Source: Collinsella sp.
Lineage (GTDB): Bacteria; Actinomycetota; Coriobacteriia; Coriobacteriales; Coriobacteriaceae
Reading direction: 5' to 3'
DNA: 64,000 bases
Assembly (NCBI GenBank): GCA_018376905.1
Contig: JAHAAK010000007.1
Location: forward strand, 13,050 to 77,049
Of this stretch, positions 57,345 to 64,000 are shown piece by piece (position 1 is the stretch's first letter; each line of letters opens with the position of its first letter). The notes beneath the pieces were generated by a model. That model was given only the letters and a program-made list of their open reading frames with translations. It did no database searches and was not told the DNA's origin. The position numbers and the translations under genes are program-made.

Positions 57345-57657
57345 AGTGTTTCAGATAGCCGATCTGCTCGCTATCGTTGCAGGCGCCATCGCGGGCGCAA
57401 TTGCCTTCCTTCCCTTTGTCTTTACGCTCAAGCCGGTTCTTGACGATAAGCAGAATGCGGACATGCTCAAGGGCATGGTGAGTCTGGCGGTCTCGGCAGT
57501 TGCCCTGCTCGTCTTTACCTTGGTTGTGTTTGCGTTGTTCGGAGAGGCATTTCGCATGTTCCTCCTGGGCGAGGCGATCGGCTTCGTGGCCTTTATGGCC
57601 GCCTGCACGGTTCGCGTCGCCAAGGCGCTGCGAGATCCTCATGAGGTCGAAAGGTAA
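57345..57657 (+). CDS. Putative ATP synthase protein I (AtpI-like small membrane protein)
   Basis: GTG at 57345 after GGAAAGTGAGGA. 3-4 TM helices. Position immediately upstream of atpB. Confidence 0.4.
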
Positions 57658-57660
57658 GTC

Positions 57661-58464
57661 GTGGAAATTTTTGAAAAGCTGCCTGATGAGATTAATCATC
57701 TGGTCAGCGAGTTCAGCTCCACCCCTGTCGTGGGCGATCTGAGCTGCGGCATCACGCAGTACTCGTTTTGGCTGATCGTCTCCACGATCGTGCTCCTGAT
57801 CGTCCTGGCCGTGTTCAAGAAGAAGCAGACCCTGGTCCCCAAGGGCTTCTTCGTCAACGGTTTCGAGTACATCATCGAGTACGTCGAGAACGATATCGGC
57901 AAGGGCGTCGTGGGTGAGAACTGGAAGAAGCACTTCCCGTTCCTGTGCTCGCTTTTCCTGTTCATCCTGATCAATAACATGATCGGCCTGATCCCGGGAA
58001 TGAAGCCCGGCACCGGCGCAATCGGCTCCACCGCCGCGCTCGCCATCTTCGCCTTCGTGTACTTCATCTACTACGGATGCAAGGCTCACGGCGTGATCGG
58101 CTACATCAAGAGCCTCGCCCCGCAGGGCGTGAGCTTCCCGATGAACGTGCTTGTGTGGGTCGTCGAGCTTTTCTCGACCTTCCTGCGCCTCATCACGCTC
58201 GCCGTCCGTCTGTTCTGCAACATGTTCGCAGGACACGTGGTCATGGGCTCGTTCGCCATCATGGCGAGCATGTTCATGCAGCCGCTGCTTCAGCAGGTTT
58301 CTGCGGCCCACGCCGTCGGCGCCCTGCCTTCGCTGGCCTGGCTTGCCATCCTCATCCTGATCTATGCGATCGAGCTTGTGGTCGGCGCCATCCAGGCTTA
58401 CGTCTTCACGGTCCTTACCGCCGTGTATGTCTCCGAGGCAGAGGAGGTCGCGGAGGAGGAGTAG
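57661..58464 (+). CDS. atpB: F0F1 ATP synthase subunit a
   Basis: Conserved LRLITLAVRLFCNMFAGH region with the essential Arg. Confidence 0.9.
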   Translation: MEIFEKLPDEINHLVSEFSSTPVVGDLSCGITQYSFWLIVSTIVLLIVLAVFKKKQTLVPKGFFVNGFEYIIEYVENDIGKGVVGENWKKHFPFLCSLFLFILINNMIGLIPGMKPGTGAIGSTAALAIFAFVYFIYYGCKAHGVIGYIKSLAPQGVSFPMNVLVWVVELFSTFLRLITLAVRLFCNMFAGHVVMGSFAIMASMFMQPLLQQVSAAHAVGALPSLAWLAILILIYAIELVVGAIQAYVFTVLTAVYVSEAEEVAEEE

Positions 58465-58588
58465 TCTTCCGTTCGCGCCTTAAAGGTAAGGCAATTCGTT
58501 AAACCGCCGGTGCCCGTACCCATGGAGCCCGGCAGTTATAAAAAGGTTATCCTGCGTGAAATAAGACACGCACGACAAAGGAGGAATC

Positions 58589-58783
58589 GTGGGAGTTATC
58601 GGTTACGGTCTCGGTGTTATCGGCGCTGGTCTTGCTATCGGCCTGTCTGCTCTGGGTGCTACGGGTGCTATGGCCCGTCAGCCTGAGGTCCAGGGCCGCG
58701 TGTTCACCGTCTTCATCATGGGCTCCGCCTTCGGCGAGGCTCTGGCTCTGATCGGCTTCGTTGTCGCGCTGATCGTTAAATAG
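58589..58783 (+). CDS. atpE: F0F1 ATP synthase subunit c
   Basis: 64-aa proteolipid hairpin with the conserved acidic residue in FGEALALIG. RBS GGAGGA then GTG. Confidence 0.9.
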   Translation: MGVIGYGLGVIGAGLAIGLSALGATGAMARQPEVQGRVFTVFIMGSAFGEALALIGFVVALIVK

Positions 58784-58798
58784 CACGGAGCGTCAAGT

Positions 58799-59401
58799 AT
58801 GAATCTTTCATCCCAGAAGAGCGCGATCGCACTCTCCGCGTCCGCGGCCGCGCTGCTCATGCCGGTTTCCGCGTTCGCCGAGGACGGCGCTGCCGGTGCG
58901 GACATCCTCATCCCTAAGATGGCGGAGTTCATCCCGGCGCTTATCGCCTTCCTGATTATCTGGATCGTGCTGGCCAAGGTCGCCCTGCCGGGCATCATGA
59001 AAACCATGGAGGAGCGCGGCAAGAAGATCGAGGAGAGCCTCGACGAGGCCGAGAAGACCAAGCAGGAGGCCATCGCCAAGCGCGCTGAGTCCGACTCGAT
59101 CGTCACCGACGCCCGTCGTCAGGCTGCCGACATCGTTCTCGAGGCCCGTAAGGACGCCGAGTCCGAGCGCGCCCGTATCATCGAGGCTGCTCACAAGGAG
59201 GCCGAGGAGATCATCGCCAAGGCCCATACGACCGTCGAGGACGAGCGCAAGTCCATCTACGCCGGTGCCGCGAGCTCCATTGCCGACCTGTCCGTTGCCG
59301 TCGCCACCAAGATCGTGGGCGAGGCACTCGAGGACGAGACCGAGCAGAAGAAGCTCATCGAGCGCTACATCCAGGAAGCAGGTAGCCTGAATGCCGACTA
59401 G
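58799..59401 (+). CDS. atpF: F0F1 ATP synthase subunit b
   Basis: N-terminal TM helix followed by a long charged coiled coil. Confidence 0.85.
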   Translation: MNLSSQKSAIALSASAAALLMPVSAFAEDGAAGADILIPKMAEFIPALIAFLIIWIVLAKVALPGIMKTMEERGKKIEESLDEAEKTKQEAIAKRAESDSIVTDARRQAADIVLEARKDAESERARIIEAAHKEAEEIIAKAHTTVEDERKSIYAGAASSIADLSVAVATKIVGEALEDETEQKKLIERYIQEAGSLNAD

Positions 59402-59867
59402 CCGCTATCAGGACAAGGTGCTCGAGACCTACGCGCGCTCCCTTCTGGAAGCCGCTAAGGCCGAGAACCATGTGTTCGAGGACCTCGAGATGATCGAGCG
59501 CCTGGCTTCTGCCAGCCCCGAGATCATCGCCGTGCTCGACACCATGTCCAAGCGCGACCAGCTCGACCTTCTTCCCAAGGTGGCAGCTGCCTTTAAGTAT
59601 GTTGCCGAGGAAGACGAGGATGTAGTGGGCGTGACCGTCACCACGGCGATCCCGCTCGACGACGAGCTGCGTCAAACCATCACTAAGAAATGCGAGCAGG
59701 ACTTCGGCCGCAAGGTATTCCTTATCGAGCAGGTCGACCCGTCTATCGTGGGCGGCCTGGTTCTCGAGGCCCGCGGCGAGCGTCGTGACATTTCCGTCAA
59801 GACGCAGCTGCGCATCGCGCAGGAGACCCTCGCAAACTCTGCTAATTCGTACGGAGGTGAAGCCTAA
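59391..59867 (+). CDS. atpH: F0F1 ATP synthase subunit delta
   Basis: OSCP/delta fold. Operon position between atpF and atpA. Confidence 0.8.
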   Translation: MPTSRYQDKVLETYARSLLEAAKAENHVFEDLEMIERLASASPEIIAVLDTMSKRDQLDLLPKVAAAFKYVAEEDEDVVGVTVTTAIPLDDELRQTITKKCEQDFGRKVFLIEQVDPSIVGGLVLEARGERRDISVKTQLRIAQETLANSANSYGGEA

Positions 59868-61465
59868 TGTCCGAAACCCTCAATGCCCAGGATATCGCCA
59901 AGAAACTGCAGGAGCAGCTCACGAGCCTCTCCGCGACGGTCGATACGCATGAGGTTTCAACGGTCGACGAGGTAGGCGACGGCATCGCGCGCGTCTCCGG
60001 CCTCAAGAGCGCCATGGCAGGCGAGCTTCTGGAGTTCAAGAGCTCCGATACCGGTGAGACCGTCTTCGGCCTTGCCCAGAACCTTGACCGTGACGAGGTC
60101 GGCGCCGTTCTGTTCGGTGCCGTCGACTCCATCAAGGAAGGCGACGAGTGCCGCACCACTGGCCGCATTATGGATATCCCCGTGAGCCGCGCCATGCTCG
60201 GCCGCGTCGTCAATCCGCTCGGCCAGCCCATCGACGGTTTGGGTGACATCGTCGCCACGCACCGTCGTCCTATCGAGTTCAAGGCCCCCGGCGTCATCGA
60301 CCGTACCCCGGTGTGCGAGCCGGTTCAGACCGGCCTGTTGGCCATCGACTCCATGGTGCCTATCGGCCGTGGTCAGCGTGAGCTCATCATCGGCGACCGT
60401 AAGACCGGTAAGACCGCCATCGCCATCGACGCTATCCTCAACCAGCGCGGCAAGGGCATGGTCTGCATCTATGTCGCCATCGGCCAGAAGGCCTCCACGG
60501 TTGCCAACATCCGCGAGACCCTCGCTCAGCACGGTGCGCTCGACTACACCATCATCGTTTCGGCAACCGCTGCCGATTCCGCCCCTATGCAGTACATCGC
60601 GCCTATGGCCGGTGCCGCTATCGGCGAGTTCTTCATGTACAACGGCGAGGACGGCAAGCCCGCCAGCGAGACCAACCCCGGCGGCCACGTGCTCGTCATC
60701 TACGACGACCTGTCCAAGCAGGCCGTGGCCTACCGTCAGATGTCGCTGACGCTGCATCGTCCGCCCGGACGCGAGGCCTATCCTGGCGACATTTTCTACC
60801 TGCACTCTCGTCTGCTCGAGCGTGCCGTCAAGATGTCCAAGAAGAATGGCTACGGCTCCATGACGGCTCTGCCGATCATCGAGACCCAGGACGGCGACGT
60901 CTCGGCCTACATTCCGACCAACGTCATTTCCATTACCGATGGTCAGATCTACCTGCAGTCCGAGCTCTTCTTCCAGGGTCAGCGCCCGGCAGTCGACGTG
61001 GGTATCTCCGTGTCCCGCGTCGGTGGCGATGCACAGACCAAGGCCATGAAGCAGGTCGCCGGCAACCTCCGTCTGGACCTCGCTTCGTACCAGGAGCTCG
61101 CTGGCTTTACGCAGTTCGGCTCCGACCTTGACGAGGCTACTCAGAAGCAGCTCACCCACGGCGCTCGCATGACCGAGCTCCTGAAGCAGCCGCGCTACAA
61201 GCCGTTTGAGGTTGGCGAGCAGATTGTTACGCTGTTCGCTGGCAACGAGGGCTTCCTGGATGACCTGGAGATCGCCGACGTGCTGCCTTTCCGTGCCGAG
61301 CTCATCGAGTACATGGACAATGGCTTTGGCTCGCTGCTCGACAAGGTTCGCGCCAAGAAGATCGACGATGACACCAAGGCTGAGCTCCTGCGCGTCATCG
61401 GTGACTTCAAACAGCAGTTCATGGCCAAGCACCATGCCGATACGACTGGATCAGAGGAGAACTAA
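59867..61465 (+). CDS. atpA: F0F1 ATP synthase subunit alpha
   Basis: Walker A GDRKTGKT. 532 aa. Confidence 0.95.
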   Translation: MSETLNAQDIAKKLQEQLTSLSATVDTHEVSTVDEVGDGIARVSGLKSAMAGELLEFKSSDTGETVFGLAQNLDRDEVGAVLFGAVDSIKEGDECRTTGRIMDIPVSRAMLGRVVNPLGQPIDGLGDIVATHRRPIEFKAPGVIDRTPVCEPVQTGLLAIDSMVPIGRGQRELIIGDRKTGKTAIAIDAILNQRGKGMVCIYVAIGQKASTVANIRETLAQHGALDYTIIVSATAADSAPMQYIAPMAGAAIGEFFMYNGEDGKPASETNPGGHVLVIYDDLSKQAVAYRQMSLTLHRPPGREAYPGDIFYLHSRLLERAVKMSKKNGYGSMTALPIIETQDGDVSAYIPTNVISITDGQIYLQSELFFQGQRPAVDVGISVSRVGGDAQTKAMKQVAGNLRLDLASYQELAGFTQFGSDLDEATQKQLTHGARMTELLKQPRYKPFEVGEQIVTLFAGNEGFLDDLEIADVLPFRAELIEYMDNGFGSLLDKVRAKKIDDDTKAELLRVIGDFKQQFMAKHHADTTGSEEN

Positions 61466-61470
61466 GCCCT

Positions 61471-63833
<2,363 letters not shown>

Positions 63834-63836
63834 GTT

Positions 63837-64000
63837 ATGCGTATCCGCATCGTGTGCCCCGTGAGCTGCGCCTATGAGGGCGACGCTGCGTTTGTGTCGA
63901 TTCCGTCCACGGATGGCGAGTTTGGCGTTCTGCCCGCTCACTCCAGCGAAATCTGCACGATCGACCGCGGTTACGTTCGCGTTTCCGATAAGGCCATGGG
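63837..64000 (+). CDS. atpC: F0F1 ATP synthase subunit epsilon (5' part, truncated by the window end)
   Basis: N-terminal beta-sandwich start MRIRIVCP...GEFGVLPAHS. Confidence 0.8.
   Translation, partial: MRIRIVCPVSCAYEGDAAFVSIPSTDGEFGVLPAHSSEICTIDRGYVRVSDKAM

Overview
High-GC (about 62-65%) chromosomal segment, most likely from a Coriobacteriia-type actinobacterium (Collinsella/Eggerthella-like codon usage and gene content). I found no rRNA, tRNA or CRISPR in the window. Housekeeping blocks: nitroreductase; kup K+ transporter followed by a truncated KdpD-like kinase and a KdpE-like regulator; rlmKL; HAD hydrolase; transaldolase; tex; a LysR-controlled SDR / OFA-MFS / Gfo-Idh-MocA cluster; a GGDEF protein; a MarR plus heterodimeric ABC exporter operon; pdxK; an amino-acid ABC importer; an M20 peptidase; prfA-prmC-tsaC; glpK; upp; and the complete F1F0 ATP synthase operon (atpI-like, atpB, E, F, H, A, G, D, and atpC truncated at the window end). 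Accessory or unusual content: (1) three paralogous lower-GC AAA+ ATPase genes carrying a PD-(D/E)xK-like DUF4143 C-terminal domain, each immediately preceded by 3-4 helically phased (32-34 bp period) direct repeats of a different sequence, and flanked by copies of a dispersed 31-bp perfect palindrome (GTGACAAAGGGACAGTCCCTTTGTCAC, at least 8 copies); (2) a second palindromic element of about 64 bp in 2 copies; (3) a two-copy structured non-coding element showing compensatory base changes in two stems, one copy in the pdxK leader and one in an unusually long prfA-prmC spacer; (4) a very high-GC IS110-family insertion between 19-bp inverted host arms, with a long structured 5' non-coding region (bridge-RNA candidate) and two solo copies of the arm motif elsewhere; (5) an 8.2-kb sortase-anchored giant adhesin gene (fibro-slime/PA14-like head plus about 20 tandem isopeptide/CnaB-like domains) split by a 1-nt deletion; (6) a low-GC toxin-antitoxin island (HicB-HTH, HigB, HigA) inserted into the conserved prfA-prmC-tsaC block; (7) a cluster of tandem hairpin repeats upstream of the GGDEF gene; (8) IPP isomerase fused to an unknown N-terminal domain.
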